Source: Candidatus Hydrogenedentota bacterium
Lineage (GTDB): Bacteria; Hydrogenedentota; Hydrogenedentia; Hydrogenedentales; SLHB01
Length of the DNA stretch: 64,000 nucleotides
Direction of reading: 5' to 3'
NCBI GenBank assembly: GCA_963745075.1
Contig: CAVUWV010000001.1
Location: forward strand, 160,001 to 224,000
The position numbers were made by a program, and so were the translations under genes. The notes under the pieces were generated by a model that saw only the letters and a program-made list of their open reading frames with translations, had not been told where the DNA came from and ran no database searches. Shown here piece after piece: positions 1 to 9,715 of this stretch (the stretch's first letter is position 1; every line of letters begins with the position of its first letter).

Positions 1-2
1 TG

Positions 3-596
3 GGGACGGCGAAAGTCACGGCCACCGCAGCGGCGTCGACCCGGCTCCGTATCGTATTGCGGGATGGCGGGGCAGTCGAGGGGACGGTGCGTCGGTCGGG
101 GCAACCCTTGGCCGAACAATGGATTGGGGTGCTCAACGAATCCGGGACGAATGTGCGGTTTGGTAGTGACCGGACCGACAGTCAGGGTCATTTTCGGTTA
201 GACCATGTGACGCCGGGGCTTTATACGTTATACGCGTATATCGACGAGGGCTCGCGGTCGCTGCATATAGATGCGGAAGTTGCAGACAGGATGACAACGC
301 AGGTTAATTTCGATTTCGATGAAACGGACAACGCTATCGAAGGTACGGTGCTGTTGGACGGTCAACAGCCTCATTCTCTAAGCGTCCGTGCCGAGATACG
401 GACGTCATCCGGCGTGGAAAAGATAGGATTCAACTCGCAGACTGGAGCGTATTCCTTGACTAACCTGCCGTTAGGTGAGGCGGATCTATACGTCATTGCC
501 TCTGGGCCGGGTGGCGCCAGGGCAGACGAATCGTTGGCGGTGTCTATCACCGGCGGGACCGTCCGGCGCGATTTTGATTTGCACAGCGGGGAATAG
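3..596 (+). CDS. C-terminal part of a carboxypeptidase-regulatory-like (beta-sandwich repeat) exported protein; 5' truncated by window edge
   Basis: Frame is open from base 3; repeated GAVEGTV...TDSQGHFRLDHVTPGLYTL and IEGTV...GAYSLTNLPLGEA units typical of Cna-B/CarboxypepD_reg repeats. Confidence 0.7.
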   Translation, partial: GTAKVTATAAASTRLRIVLRDGGAVEGTVRRSGQPLAEQWIGVLNESGTNVRFGSDRTDSQGHFRLDHVTPGLYTLYAYIDEGSRSLHIDAEVADRMTTQVNFDFDETDNAIEGTVLLDGQQPHSLSVRAEIRTSSGVEKIGFNSQTGAYSLTNLPLGEADLYVIASGPGGARADESLAVSITGGTVRRDFDLHSGE

Positions 597-680
597 ATTG
601 CTGTGCGCTACGGTAAGCGATCACACGCTTCGATTTGCTGGTTGTTTTCCGCGGGTAGGCTTGGCATTGTCGGGCTGAAG

Positions 681-710
681 AGCCACGCTGGCGCGTGGCG
701 GTCCCAGTGG
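681..710. repeat. REP-like palindromic element, copy 1
   Basis: AGCCACGCTGGCGCGTGGCGGTCCCAGTGG; stem GCCACGC/GCGTGGC; 29/30 identical to 3097-3126. Confidence 0.8.
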
Positions 711-725
711 CGGATCGGGTTAATC

Positions 726-1637
726 ATGCGGAACGGTTTGTTGATAGCGGTGATGGCCGGTGCTTGGATTTTTGCAGCGAACGGTGCGGAGCCGTCTGAT
801 GGCACTCCGGAGTCGACTTCGGGGATCACCCTTCATGAGGGGCTGGCGTATTCTTCGGCGGACCCGGCGCTTGCGATGGACCTGTATCTGCCGCGGTTGA
901 CGGGGACGCGGGTGCCTTGTGTGATGGTGATTCAGGGGGGTGGGTTCCGGGGGCAGGACGGGAAGCGGTTTCGTCCGTTCGCGGAGTACCTGGCGGAGAA
1001 CGGGTTCGCGGCCGTTACGTTTGCCTACCGGGGACGACCGGGGCACACGTATGAAGAAACGATGGCGGACGTGAATGCGGCGGTGCGCTACGTTCGGAAG
1101 ATCAGCCCGGACTTCGGTATCGACCCGAACCGGATCGGCGCGATGGGACGGTCGGCGGGCGGAACGCTGGCGGTGTTGCTGGCGGTGACGGGCGACGAGC
1201 AGGAGTCCGAGGGCGGCGGCGATAGGGCGTATTCGAGCCGGATACAGGCCGCGGTCGGGATTTCGGGCGTGTACGATTTCATCGCGCGATTCACGGACGA
1301 AGCGCAGATCGCGTTGCAGTCACGGCACGAGGCAAAGATCGAATCGAACGGGGAATGGATCGGCGAACCGTTTTCCGCCACGAGCGAGAAGTGGCGGGAC
1401 GCATCGGCCATCAATCATCTTGATGGTGATGATCCGCCGATGCTGTTGCTGCAGTGTAAAGATGACGCGACGGTTCCGTGGCCGCAGGCGCAGGGTATGT
1501 ACGAGAAGATGAAGGATGCCGGGATCAACGCGGAGATCGAGATCTACGAGACCGGGGGGCATGGTTGTCAGACCAAAGATGCGAAGGGATCGATGGCGCG
1601 GATGGTGGGGTTCTTCAAGGAGACGCTGATGGAATGA
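726..1637 (+). CDS. Exported alpha/beta hydrolase (HSL/BD-FAE-like esterase)
   Basis: Signal peptide MRNGLLIAVMAG..., QGGGF oxyanion motif, GRSAGG nucleophile elbow, DDATVP Asp, GGHG His; start moved from 603 to ATG 726. Confidence 0.9.
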   Translation: MRNGLLIAVMAGAWIFAANGAEPSDGTPESTSGITLHEGLAYSSADPALAMDLYLPRLTGTRVPCVMVIQGGGFRGQDGKRFRPFAEYLAENGFAAVTFAYRGRPGHTYEETMADVNAAVRYVRKISPDFGIDPNRIGAMGRSAGGTLAVLLAVTGDEQESEGGGDRAYSSRIQAAVGISGVYDFIARFTDEAQIALQSRHEAKIESNGEWIGEPFSATSEKWRDASAINHLDGDDPPMLLLQCKDDATVPWPQAQGMYEKMKDAGINAEIEIYETGGHGCQTKDAKGSMARMVGFFKETLME

Positions 1638-1659
1638 AGGTCGGTGTGCGGGTTGCGGG

Positions 1660-1688
1660 TTGACACCGAGATCCCCTGCTACTCTAAT
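1660..1688 (+). promoter_or_regulatory. Putative sigma70 promoter of the TA operon
   Basis: TTGACA (1660-1665), 17 bp spacer, TCTAAT (1683-1688). Confidence 0.45.
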
Positions 1689-1729
1689 AGGGTTGTCGCG
1701 GGTTTTGAATTGGCGTGTGGAGACACTCG

Positions 1730-1957
1730 ATGACACTTGAGCAAATCAAAGCCGAAATCAACAGGCTGCCGCTTTCCGACAAGCTTCGCTTGGTCGAGGA
1801 TACGTGGGATTCTATCGCCGCGAATGCCAGCGAGTTGCCCATGCCTGAGTGGCAGCGGCAAGAACTCGACAAACGGTATAAAGAGTACCAGGAAGGGAAC
1901 GTCGAGTTGCACGATTGGCAGTCGGTTCATGAGTCCATTCGCGACAAGTATCAATGA
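1730..1957 (+). CDS. Addiction module antitoxin (TIGR02574-like)
   Basis: 75 aa; LPLSDKLRLVEDTWDSI...PEWQRQELDKRY pattern; ATGA overlap with downstream toxin. Confidence 0.88.
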   Translation: MTLEQIKAEINRLPLSDKLRLVEDTWDSIAANASELPMPEWQRQELDKRYKEYQEGNVELHDWQSVHESIRDKYQ

Positions 1958-2212
1958 AGCTACGATACTCGCCCCGTGCCGCCGATGAACTGGAAGTGGC
2001 GGTCCGCTGGTACGAGGAGCAGTATTCCGGATTGGGCATCGCGTTTCTCGAATGCGTCGAAAAGGCCTTGGCTTTTCCCCTGCACGCATGACTCCTTTCG
2101 ACGGTGCCTTACAAGACGGTTCCCGTTTTCCATCCACTTTACAATCGAGGAGGACGTTATCGTCCTGCATTCCGTCTTCGACAACAGACGCAGCCCAACG
2201 GATCTTCCATAA
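1954..2212 (+). pseudogene. RelE/ParE-family toxin, frameshifted
   Basis: MKLRYSPRAADELEVAVRWYEEQYSGLGIAFLECVEKAL stops at about 2091; the C-half FRRCLTRRFPFSIHF...LHSVFDNRRSP is in another frame. Confidence 0.8.
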
Positions 2213-2351
2213 GCGGAAATGAGGGTATTGCCGTGCGCGGCAGGAAGAATTCAGGGACACGGCTGTCGGGAAGACGCTGATGAAATGAGTGGGTGGTTGC
2301 GGGGAGGCGAGAGCGCTGTGACGGGGCCGTGACGTTGGCGAAGAGCGTACA

Positions 2352-2798
2352 ATGAGCACTATGACGAAAGCCCAAAAGTACATACTCATACTTCTGGTTG
2401 CAGGCGTCGCTTGTTTCATTGTGCCCCTTCCAGGTGGCAGGGCGACTTATACCTCGGTCTTGGCTGAAATTTCGGGTCCGCTCCATGTCGTGACCAACCA
2501 AGTCCATCGTCCAGCTCCGTGGTTGAGGGCAGCGCCGGAATTCTTCGTGAAAGATGGAGAACTGTATCTGTGCAACCAAACGACACGTCGCGCATTAATA
2601 CTGGTCACATTCGTTTCTCCTGGCATCCGGGACAGAGCCGACATCGAGGAATTCCGGAAGAAGCATCCGGACTTGGAGGAATACTGGCCAGATCCGAGTC
2701 AATCTGATGGCGGGGCCGCGTGGACAAGAAACAAGGTCCGCAATATGCTTCCGGAAGATACCAGCGCTATGGGGCCGCCTGAACCTTTCCCGAATTGA
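2352..2798 (+). CDS. Hypothetical membrane-anchored protein
   Basis: 148 aa ORF with N-terminal hydrophobic segment; no recognisable family. Confidence 0.5.
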   Translation: MSTMTKAQKYILILLVAGVACFIVPLPGGRATYTSVLAEISGPLHVVTNQVHRPAPWLRAAPEFFVKDGELYLCNQTTRRALILVTFVSPGIRDRADIEEFRKKHPDLEEYWPDPSQSDGGAAWTRNKVRNMLPEDTSAMGPPEPFPN

Positions 2799-2845
2799 AT
2801 TCTTTGGGAGACAACAGGATACAGCAACCGTCGAGTGGTTCCTGC

Positions 2846-2940
2846 GCCCCCGTTCGGGGGCTGTGTGAGAGGTGGGGTGGGTTGTCCCGGCGTTTCGCTT
2901 CGCTTCACGCTGGGCTAGATTCCGGTGGCCCCTCCGGGGC
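2846..2940. repeat. REP-like multi-hairpin element
   Basis: Hairpins GCCCCCG-TT-CGGGGGC, CCCGGCGT...ACGCTGGG and GCCCC-TCC-GGGGC in intergenic DNA. Confidence 0.6.
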
Positions 2941-3096
2941 ACTTGCCGGGGGGGTCTTGAGTTCTTCCTTTCCTGAGTAGATGTCTTATTCAGTAAGAAC
3001 ACGGGCGAGATGCCCATGCTCCCTTCCTATCTATTTCTTAAATCGGCGAGAATCGGTGTAATCGGTGGATGGAAAGCGGTCTTCTTGCGGTGAAGA

Positions 3097-3126
3097 AGCC
3101 ACGCTGGTGCGTGGCGGTCCCAGTGG
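3097..3126. repeat. REP-like palindromic element, copy 2
   Basis: AGCCACGCTGGTGCGTGGCGGTCCCAGTGG; the only difference from 681-710 is in the loop. Confidence 0.8.
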
Positions 3127-3262
3127 GGCGGTTGTGTTGACCGGATGCGGCCGATTCAAGTAGAACAAAGTGCTTAGCCAAGGTGTTGCATAGATATAGT
3201 CCGTGCAGGTGAACCGTGCTCGGAATCCCAGGACCGAGTTCGTGATACGTAGGTAGTCTTCA

Positions 3263-4363
3263 ATGGCCAAGAAGGAACGGGTCTTCAATCAACGCAAGCG
3301 CCGTGTCTTTCGGACGCAGATCCCCACGGGGGAGGTAGTGTTCGGGGCGCTGTTTGTTCTGGTAGTGGTTGGGATGGGATGGTGGTTTTTGGCGAAGCGG
3401 AACGACTTCGATCCCTCCGAACGCGATATCTCCATGGAACTCATGGAGGAGGGGAGCGTCCAGGATACGTTGTACCGCACGCCGTTCGAGCGCTGGACCG
3501 ACCCGGCACAACCAGCCTCCGCTTCCGCCGCCGTGGACCTCGGCAATTTTCCAACCGCGATCCTGGACGGTGGTTGGACCGCATCCACACGGGTTCAGGA
3601 GTTTGATGAATCCAATCTGTACGAGAAGATCGACGGGGCCGCGCCCCAGTATTTTCAATTCGGATTCGTGAAGCTGCATTTCGTTGGACTGGAGCACGCG
3701 GACGATCTGGAGCTGAACATCGAACTCTACGACATGGGCGAATTCAAGAACGCCCTGGGCATCTTCACCGCGCAACGCGACGCGGACCGGACGTTGGACG
3801 AACGGGGCGACGTGCATTACTACGCGACGACCGTGGGTGCCATCGGCATCATCGGTCCGTATTACTTCAAGCTGACCGGCAACGAGGAGAACGCAGCCAT
3901 AACCGACAAGGCCGCGCAGATTATCGAAAGTTTTTCCGGGTTGCCGGGTGGGGACGTGCCGCTGCCGAAGGCATTTACCGTTTTCCGCGACGTGTTGGGT
4001 ATCCCCTTTGCGGGTATATGGTTCGAGAAGAACGACGTGTTCCAGTTCCAATTTGCGAAGGATTTCTGGTTTGGAAAACCTGACATCGGCGGCGATTTGC
4101 GGTATTATGTCCACGAGGCCGAAAGTGAAGAAGCTGCAAGGACACTTTTCGACCAGTTACTGGAGAACAATCTCTACGACTATGACGAGGTATCCCATAC
4201 CGACGATAGCGTCATCCTGAATCACAAGTTCCTTAAGACCCGTCTGGCGATCAAGCGGTCCGGCACGTTGGTGTACGGATTCGACGGCGCTCCCGCTGAC
4301 CTCGATGCGGACAAGACCCTGATGACGCTGCAGGAGGCATTTCAGAGCGATGAAGAAGCCTGA
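3263..4363 (+). CDS. DUF6599-family membrane-anchored protein
   Basis: N-terminal TM helix; NLYEKIDGAAPQY...IELYDMGEFKNALGIF signature shared with 9716-10702. Confidence 0.75.
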   Translation: MAKKERVFNQRKRRVFRTQIPTGEVVFGALFVLVVVGMGWWFLAKRNDFDPSERDISMELMEEGSVQDTLYRTPFERWTDPAQPASASAAVDLGNFPTAILDGGWTASTRVQEFDESNLYEKIDGAAPQYFQFGFVKLHFVGLEHADDLELNIELYDMGEFKNALGIFTAQRDADRTLDERGDVHYYATTVGAIGIIGPYYFKLTGNEENAAITDKAAQIIESFSGLPGGDVPLPKAFTVFRDVLGIPFAGIWFEKNDVFQFQFAKDFWFGKPDIGGDLRYYVHEAESEEAARTLFDQLLENNLYDYDEVSHTDDSVILNHKFLKTRLAIKRSGTLVYGFDGAPADLDADKTLMTLQEAFQSDEEA

Positions 4364-5393
4364 GACGATCCAGCATCCCGAGTACGAGAAGGCCCCGATG
4401 GACCGGCGGACGTTCTTCCGCCGCCTCGGCACAGCCGGGGGCCTCGGCGCGGCGGCGGGGTATCTTGCGTGGGCGCCGGCCAACTGGCCTTTGTCCTTGA
4501 AGGATCCCTCGGGGCTGCGCAGCGTGCCGGTCGTCACACCGTTCCGGTTGCCGGACTCGTATCGGGTGGCCAAACCGGCGGGTGCGGCCGACGTGGGCAT
4601 CGGACGCGGCGAGCGTCCGGTAGAGGCGCTTCGTGCAGCGTTGGACGGCATCGGCGGATTGTCTCATTTCATCCAACCCGGCGATATCGTATTGGTGAAG
4701 CCGAACGTGGCCTTTGATCGCGCGCCGAATCTGGGCGCGACCTCGAATCCGACGCTGCTGAAAGAACTGATTCACATGATTCTCGTGGATTGCCGTGCGC
4801 AGGAGGTGCGGGTGGCGGACAATCCCATCGAATCACCGCCGGACTGTTTTGCCAAGAGCAAGATCGACGCGGCCACGGTGGACGCCGGAGGACGGGTCTA
4901 TCTTCCGGATTCGAATGCGTTCAGGATGTTGAATACGCCCGGCGCGAAACTGATCGAGAACTGGTGGTTCTTCCACCGCCCCTTCACAAACGTGGACAAG
5001 GTCATCGGTCTCGCTCCCGTGAAGGACCATAACCTGTGCAGCGCGTCCATGGGGATCAAAAACTGGTACGGGCTGCTGGGCGGCACGCGCAACCAGTTCC
5101 ACCAGGACATTCATGAGATCGTGTCGGATCTCTCGGTCATGATGAAACCGACGTTGACGATTCTCGACGGGACGCACGTGCTCATGCAAAACGGCCCGAC
5201 CGGCGGCGACCCTTCCAATGTGAAGCTGGGCGACACGGTGCTCGCCGCGCTGGATCCGGTCGCCGGCGACGCGTGGGCGTTCGAACACCTGCTCGAACGC
5301 GGGCGCGACTATCCCCGCTATCTGCTGAAGGCGGAAGAGAAGGGGAGCGGCCGGGTCGATTGGGACGGCCGCGTGCGCGAGATTCACGTTTAG
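4350..5393 (+). CDS. DUF362-domain protein with Tat signal
   Basis: [11 protein letters not shown] twin-arginine; [26 protein letters not shown]...[12 protein letters not shown] motifs. Confidence 0.88.
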   Translation: MKKPETIQHPEYEKAPMDRRTFFRRLGTAGGLGAAAGYLAWAPANWPLSLKDPSGLRSVPVVTPFRLPDSYRVAKPAGAADVGIGRGERPVEALRAALDGIGGLSHFIQPGDIVLVKPNVAFDRAPNLGATSNPTLLKELIHMILVDCRAQEVRVADNPIESPPDCFAKSKIDAATVDAGGRVYLPDSNAFRMLNTPGAKLIENWWFFHRPFTNVDKVIGLAPVKDHNLCSASMGIKNWYGLLGGTRNQFHQDIHEIVSDLSVMMKPTLTILDGTHVLMQNGPTGGDPSNVKLGDTVLAALDPVAGDAWAFEHLLERGRDYPRYLLKAEEKGSGRVDWDGRVREIHV

Positions 5394-5404
5394 AGGCGAA
5401 CGCG

Positions 5405-7078
5405 ATGGCGGACAGTAAAGCAGCCACTCCGAAGAAGAGCGGCAAGGCGCGCTGGGAGTCGTTCTCCGTCCGCAAGCTTTTGCGGATCACGAACGTGCGC
5501 ATTCTGTCGCAGATCTTTTTCTTTGCCGCGTTCATGTTTTCCGTGTGGGCGACGTGGACCTCGCGATTGGGCGGGTATCCTGTTTCGCGCATCCTGGAGA
5601 TGGACCCGCTCGTCATGATCGCGACGATGCTGTCGACGGGGTACGTGTACCGGTTCCTGGGGTGGGGGTTGCTGGTCCTCGCGATTACACTGCTCTTCGG
5701 CCGCGTGTTCTGCAACTGGATTTGTCCGTACGGCACGCTCCATCAATTCGTGGGATGGTTGTTCAACATCAACAAGGCCACCGACCGTATCGAGCAGAAT
5801 CGCTACAAGTCGATCTACTACCTCAAGTACATGATTCTGACCGTGTTCCTGATCATGGCGTGGATGGGTGCGCTGCAGATCGGATTGCTTGATCCAATCT
5901 GTCTCATGTACCGGAGTTTCGCAACCGTGTTTGCGCCGATGTTTGATATGGGGGCGACGAAGGTGTCGCTGACGGCGCACGGGGCGAACCTGGATACGCT
6001 GTGGATTGACAATTTAAAATTCGCGCCGGGCGTGACCAGCCGCGTTTTTGTGGGGTCGTTCTGGATTGGCGTCATGATCTTCGGGTTGGTCGCCATGAAC
6101 CTGTACATTCCGCGCTTCTTCTGCCGGGTGTTGTGTCCGCTCGGGGCGCTGTTGGGCGTGTTTTCGCGGTTCGCGGTATTTCGCATCAACCGCGACGTAC
6201 ACAAATGCACCGACTGCAATCTGTGTCTCACGCGGTGCGAGGGCGCGTCGGACCCGCAAGGGATTTTGCGGCAGAGCGAGTGCTTCTCCTGCATGAACTG
6301 CATCGACGACTGCCCGGAAGACGCCCTGTCGTTCACGATGTTTAATCTGGACACCAAGCAGGTGAAGCAGGGTCCGGACGTGTCACGGCGGCGGTGGATC
6401 TTTGCTTCCGTTGCGGGTGTCCTGGCGTTTCCGTTTATCAAGAATCACGGCGTCGACACGGACAAACATTTCGAGCCGAAACTGATACGGCCGCCGGGTT
6501 CGGTAGAGGAAAACGATTTCCTGTCCAAGTGCATCAAGTGCGATCAGTGCATCAATTCGTGCCCGACCAACGTGCTGCAACCGGCGACCTTCAAAGAGGC
6601 CGGGATCGAAGGGTTGTGGACGCCGGTCATGAATTTCGAAATCGGTCATTGCCAACTCAAATGCACGATGTGTTCCGAGGTGTGTCCGACGGGCGCCATC
6701 CGGAAGATCACCGTCGAGGAAAAGCTCGGCAAGGGGACTTTTGAGGAGAAGGGACCGATTCGGCTGGGCACGGCGTTCTTCGACAAGGGCCGGTGCTTGC
6801 CCCACGCGATGGAGATCCCCTGCGTGGTGTGCGAGGAGGTGTGCCCGACGTCGCCCAAGGCGATTCAGACCAAGGACGTCGAGACGAAAGACGTGTACGG
6901 AAATATCGTGGTGCTGAATAAGCCGTTCATGGTGCCTGATCTGTGCATCGGCTGCGGCATCTGTGAGAACGAGTGTCCGGTAAAAGATGAACGCGCGGTT
7001 TACGTAACGGCGGTGGGAGAGAGCCGCTCGCGCGAACGTCAGTTGCTGCTCAAGAAACGTGGTGAAACGCAGGCTTGA
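5405..7078 (+). CDS. Membrane polyferredoxin (NapH/MauN-like membrane domain fused to NapG/MauM-like ferredoxin)
   Basis: CNWICP and CRVLCP motifs, several TM helices, multiple CxxCxxCxxxC motifs; start set at ATG 5405. Confidence 0.9.
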   Translation: MADSKAATPKKSGKARWESFSVRKLLRITNVRILSQIFFFAAFMFSVWATWTSRLGGYPVSRILEMDPLVMIATMLSTGYVYRFLGWGLLVLAITLLFGRVFCNWICPYGTLHQFVGWLFNINKATDRIEQNRYKSIYYLKYMILTVFLIMAWMGALQIGLLDPICLMYRSFATVFAPMFDMGATKVSLTAHGANLDTLWIDNLKFAPGVTSRVFVGSFWIGVMIFGLVAMNLYIPRFFCRVLCPLGALLGVFSRFAVFRINRDVHKCTDCNLCLTRCEGASDPQGILRQSECFSCMNCIDDCPEDALSFTMFNLDTKQVKQGPDVSRRRWIFASVAGVLAFPFIKNHGVDTDKHFEPKLIRPPGSVEENDFLSKCIKCDQCINSCPTNVLQPATFKEAGIEGLWTPVMNFEIGHCQLKCTMCSEVCPTGAIRKITVEEKLGKGTFEEKGPIRLGTAFFDKGRCLPHAMEIPCVVCEEVCPTSPKAIQTKDVETKDVYGNIVVLNKPFMVPDLCIGCGICENECPVKDERAVYVTAVGESRSRERQLLLKKRGETQA

Positions 7079-7097
7079 GGCTGAGCCGAACAAAGGG

Positions 7098-8303
7098 ATG
7101 AAACTCATGAAACACGCGATGGACAGACGGTCGTTCATGAAGGGGGTCGCCTTGGGGGGGATGGGCGCCGGGGTTGCCGCGGCGACGGCCGAGGCGCAAG
7201 GCGCCGGCGCCGCACCCGCGACCGAGGTTCCGCGCAAGCAACTCGGGACCACGGGCGAAACGATTCCCATCATCTTCATGGGCGGGTCGCGGACCTTCGA
7301 TATGAAATACGACAAGACGCTGCACCGGGCGCACGGACTCGGCATCGACTACGTCGATACGGCGGATTCCTACGCGTCGGGCCAATCGCAAAAAGGCGTG
7401 GCCGTGTTTCAGGAGCAAGTCGGGCGCGACAACGTCTGGATCACGACCAAAGTCGAGGTGAAAGGGGCACACAGCACGCCGGAGGGGCTGAAGAACGGGC
7501 TCGACGAATGCCTCGCCGAGTTGCGCACCGATTACGTCAACATGTTCTTCATGCACATGATTCAGGATCCCCGTTATCTCGATGCGGACTTCATCAAAGC
7601 CGGCGACGATATGCGGAAGAGCGGGAAGACGAAGTATTTTGGGTTCTCGTGCCACCACGGGAACGTGCCGGAGATGATCTCGAAGGCGGCCAAGGCCGGC
7701 GGCATCGATGCAATCATGTTCCGGTACAACTTCCGCCATTACGGCGATGTCGAGTTGAACAAGGCCATGGATGCGGCCAAGGCCGCAGGGATTGGTTTGC
7801 TCGCCATGAAGACGCAGTCGTCAGTACCGGCGGATTTGGAGAAGGTTGTCGAGTTTCAGGCGAAGGATTTTACCTTGCCCCAAGCGAAGTTGAAGGCCGT
7901 CTGGGCGGATGAGCGCATCGACGGATGCGTCAGTCAGATGGACAACCTCCAGATCCTGGACGAGAATTCCTCGGCAGCCATGGCGCCGCAGCAACTCACG
8001 ATGAATGAGTTTCACCAGTTGAACCGCCTCGCACGAATGACGGCGCCGTATGCATGTCTCGGGTGCAACCAGATCTGTGAAAGCCGAATTGAAGGCAAGC
8101 TCAAGGTCGCCGACGCCCTGCGGTACCTGATGTATCACGAATGCTACAGCGACCCGGAGACGGCGCGTTTGCTGTACAACGCATTGAACGTGGAAGAGCG
8201 CGATTTCGAGCGCGTGGATTTGACTCCGGCGATCGCGGCATGCCCGCAGGACATTCGAATCGACGAACGCTTGCGGCGCGCGCGCGAAGTATTGATGGCG
8301 TAG
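7098..8303 (+). CDS. Tat-signal aldo/keto reductase with C-terminal Cys (Fe-S-type) domain
   Basis: DRRSFMKG; DTADSY, ITTK, FFMH tetrad; GFSCH; CLGCNQIC...CPQ. Alternative start 7107. Confidence 0.88.
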   Translation: MKLMKHAMDRRSFMKGVALGGMGAGVAAATAEAQGAGAAPATEVPRKQLGTTGETIPIIFMGGSRTFDMKYDKTLHRAHGLGIDYVDTADSYASGQSQKGVAVFQEQVGRDNVWITTKVEVKGAHSTPEGLKNGLDECLAELRTDYVNMFFMHMIQDPRYLDADFIKAGDDMRKSGKTKYFGFSCHHGNVPEMISKAAKAGGIDAIMFRYNFRHYGDVELNKAMDAAKAAGIGLLAMKTQSSVPADLEKVVEFQAKDFTLPQAKLKAVWADERIDGCVSQMDNLQILDENSSAAMAPQQLTMNEFHQLNRLARMTAPYACLGCNQICESRIEGKLKVADALRYLMYHECYSDPETARLLYNALNVEERDFERVDLTPAIAACPQDIRIDERLRRAREVLMA

Positions 8304-8326
8304 GGGGGGCGACCGAGCTTTCAAGC

Positions 8327-8476
8327 GACAACAGGGACATCAGAGACAACAGCGACGGTGCGACGCACGTCTGTGGATTCGTGAAGATTCCGTCACGGGC
8401 GGCAGGAACCGGATTCGACTTCCCGAGAAATTGCGGAATGCATCGTCCTTGATGTCGTTGTTGACCCTGCTGTCGT
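8327..8476. repeat. Inverted pair of degenerate 9-mer tandem arrays between convergent genes
   Basis: GACAACAGG GACATCAGA GACAACAGC (8327-8353) and a reverse-complement array at about 8445-8476. Confidence 0.55.
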
Positions 8477-8516
8477 TCAGCCGAAGAGGCTGGCTCCTGT
8501 CCTTCGCGTCTCCTGG

Positions 8517-9554
8517 CTACGCGAAATACACCGGCGCCTGTTTCACGGCCGACACGTTGGCCTCAAAGTGCTCGAAGTTCTGCATGTCGGAGTTCACCAC
8601 GTCGAGACCGTTCTGCAGGACATAGGCGTAGCTGCGTTGGAACGGGGTCAGCGGCGCATCGAGGGCTTTCCGATCGTAGTGGCTGTCGAAGGCGCTCGGA
8701 TCGTTTTTTCCGCCGGCGCCCCCGCTCGCCAGGAAACGCGCGGCCTTCATGCCGATCAGCCCGATGCCGGCTTCGCGTGCGCGGTCGAAGACGGGGCGCA
8801 AATCTCGCAGCGATGCGGTCCCCTCGAGGATGCTGCGGGAATCCCAGTCGTACCAGCCGGCCGGCGTGATGGCGGTCATGGCGAGATCGTACCAGCCCGT
8901 CTCGATGGCGGCATCGAGGACCTGTTGGGCGCGCTTGTGGGTGCTCAGGCCGAAGTGGCCTACCTTGCCGGCTTGCTTGGCAGTGAGAAAGGCCTGATAC
9001 ATCTCTTCACACCGCACGATCGCTGGGTCGCCGACGCCCATGATGTAGTACGCATCCACGTAGTCGGTATCCAGATCCCTCAGACTATTCTCCAGTAGCC
9101 CGGTCCAGTATTTTGCGATCGTTTTGCCTTGTTCGACCGTGAGAGGCGTGCCGGGCTCGTGGCCTTCGGGGCTACGGACGGGCGCTTTGGAACTGACCCA
9201 GATCCCGTCGCGGTTGGCTTTCATGAAGGGCGCGAGATGCTGTTCGCTGCCTTTGTAATAGACGTTGGAACCGATGTCGTAGAAGTTGATGCCGGCTTCA
9301 AAAGCGCGGTCCAACAAACGAACCGCCTTGCCTCCCGCCAGGGCGGCCCCGCATCCGAAGACCAAACGGCTGCTCATGAAGTTCGTGCGGCCAAGCTTTT
9401 CGTATGGCATACCGTCCACTTCGTGCCGTCGATCGAGCGGCACATCCTGCGCCGTGGCTTTCTTCGAAGCGACGGTGGCCGCGGCGAGGGATGCAGCCGA
9501 AGCCTGGATAAACGTGCGGCGGTTCATTCCGGAGGAAGCGTTCGACTCGTTCAT
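8517..9554 (-). CDS. Tat-signal aldo/keto reductase-family protein
   Basis: MNRRTFIQ; LGRTNF, SLRDLDTDYVD, GKVGHFGLSTH, GIGLIGMK. Confidence 0.85.
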   Translation of the reverse strand: MNESNASSGMNRRTFIQASAASLAAATVASKKATAQDVPLDRRHEVDGMPYEKLGRTNFMSSRLVFGCGAALAGGKAVRLLDRAFEAGINFYDIGSNVYYKGSEQHLAPFMKANRDGIWVSSKAPVRSPEGHEPGTPLTVEQGKTIAKYWTGLLENSLRDLDTDYVDAYYIMGVGDPAIVRCEEMYQAFLTAKQAGKVGHFGLSTHKRAQQVLDAAIETGWYDLAMTAITPAGWYDWDSRSILEGTASLRDLRPVFDRAREAGIGLIGMKAARFLASGGAGGKNDPSAFDSHYDRKALDAPLTPFQRSYAYVLQNGLDVVNSDMQNFEHFEANVSAVKQAPVYFA

Positions 9555-9650
9555 GGTATGGTCTCCCAGGCGGCACGGCCTTGCAAATCGCGCCGGTTTG
9601 GTCCGTGGACTGATGCTTCACAGTATCCGAAGACGGCGATTTGGTCAAGG

Positions 9651-9690
9651 TACACGGACCGGCACGGACCTACACGGACGGACACGGACA
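9651..9690 (+). repeat. Four tandem 10-mers with core CACGGAC
   Basis: tacacggacc ggcacggacc tacacggacg gacacggaca. Confidence 0.8.
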
Positions 9691-9715
9691 GGGAATCAAT
9701 CCACGGGGATAGACC

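Noticed and set aside
9651..9690. CRISPR array (also considered for 8327-8353 and the 39 kb repeats)
   Set aside because: Units too short, no unique spacers, no cas genes
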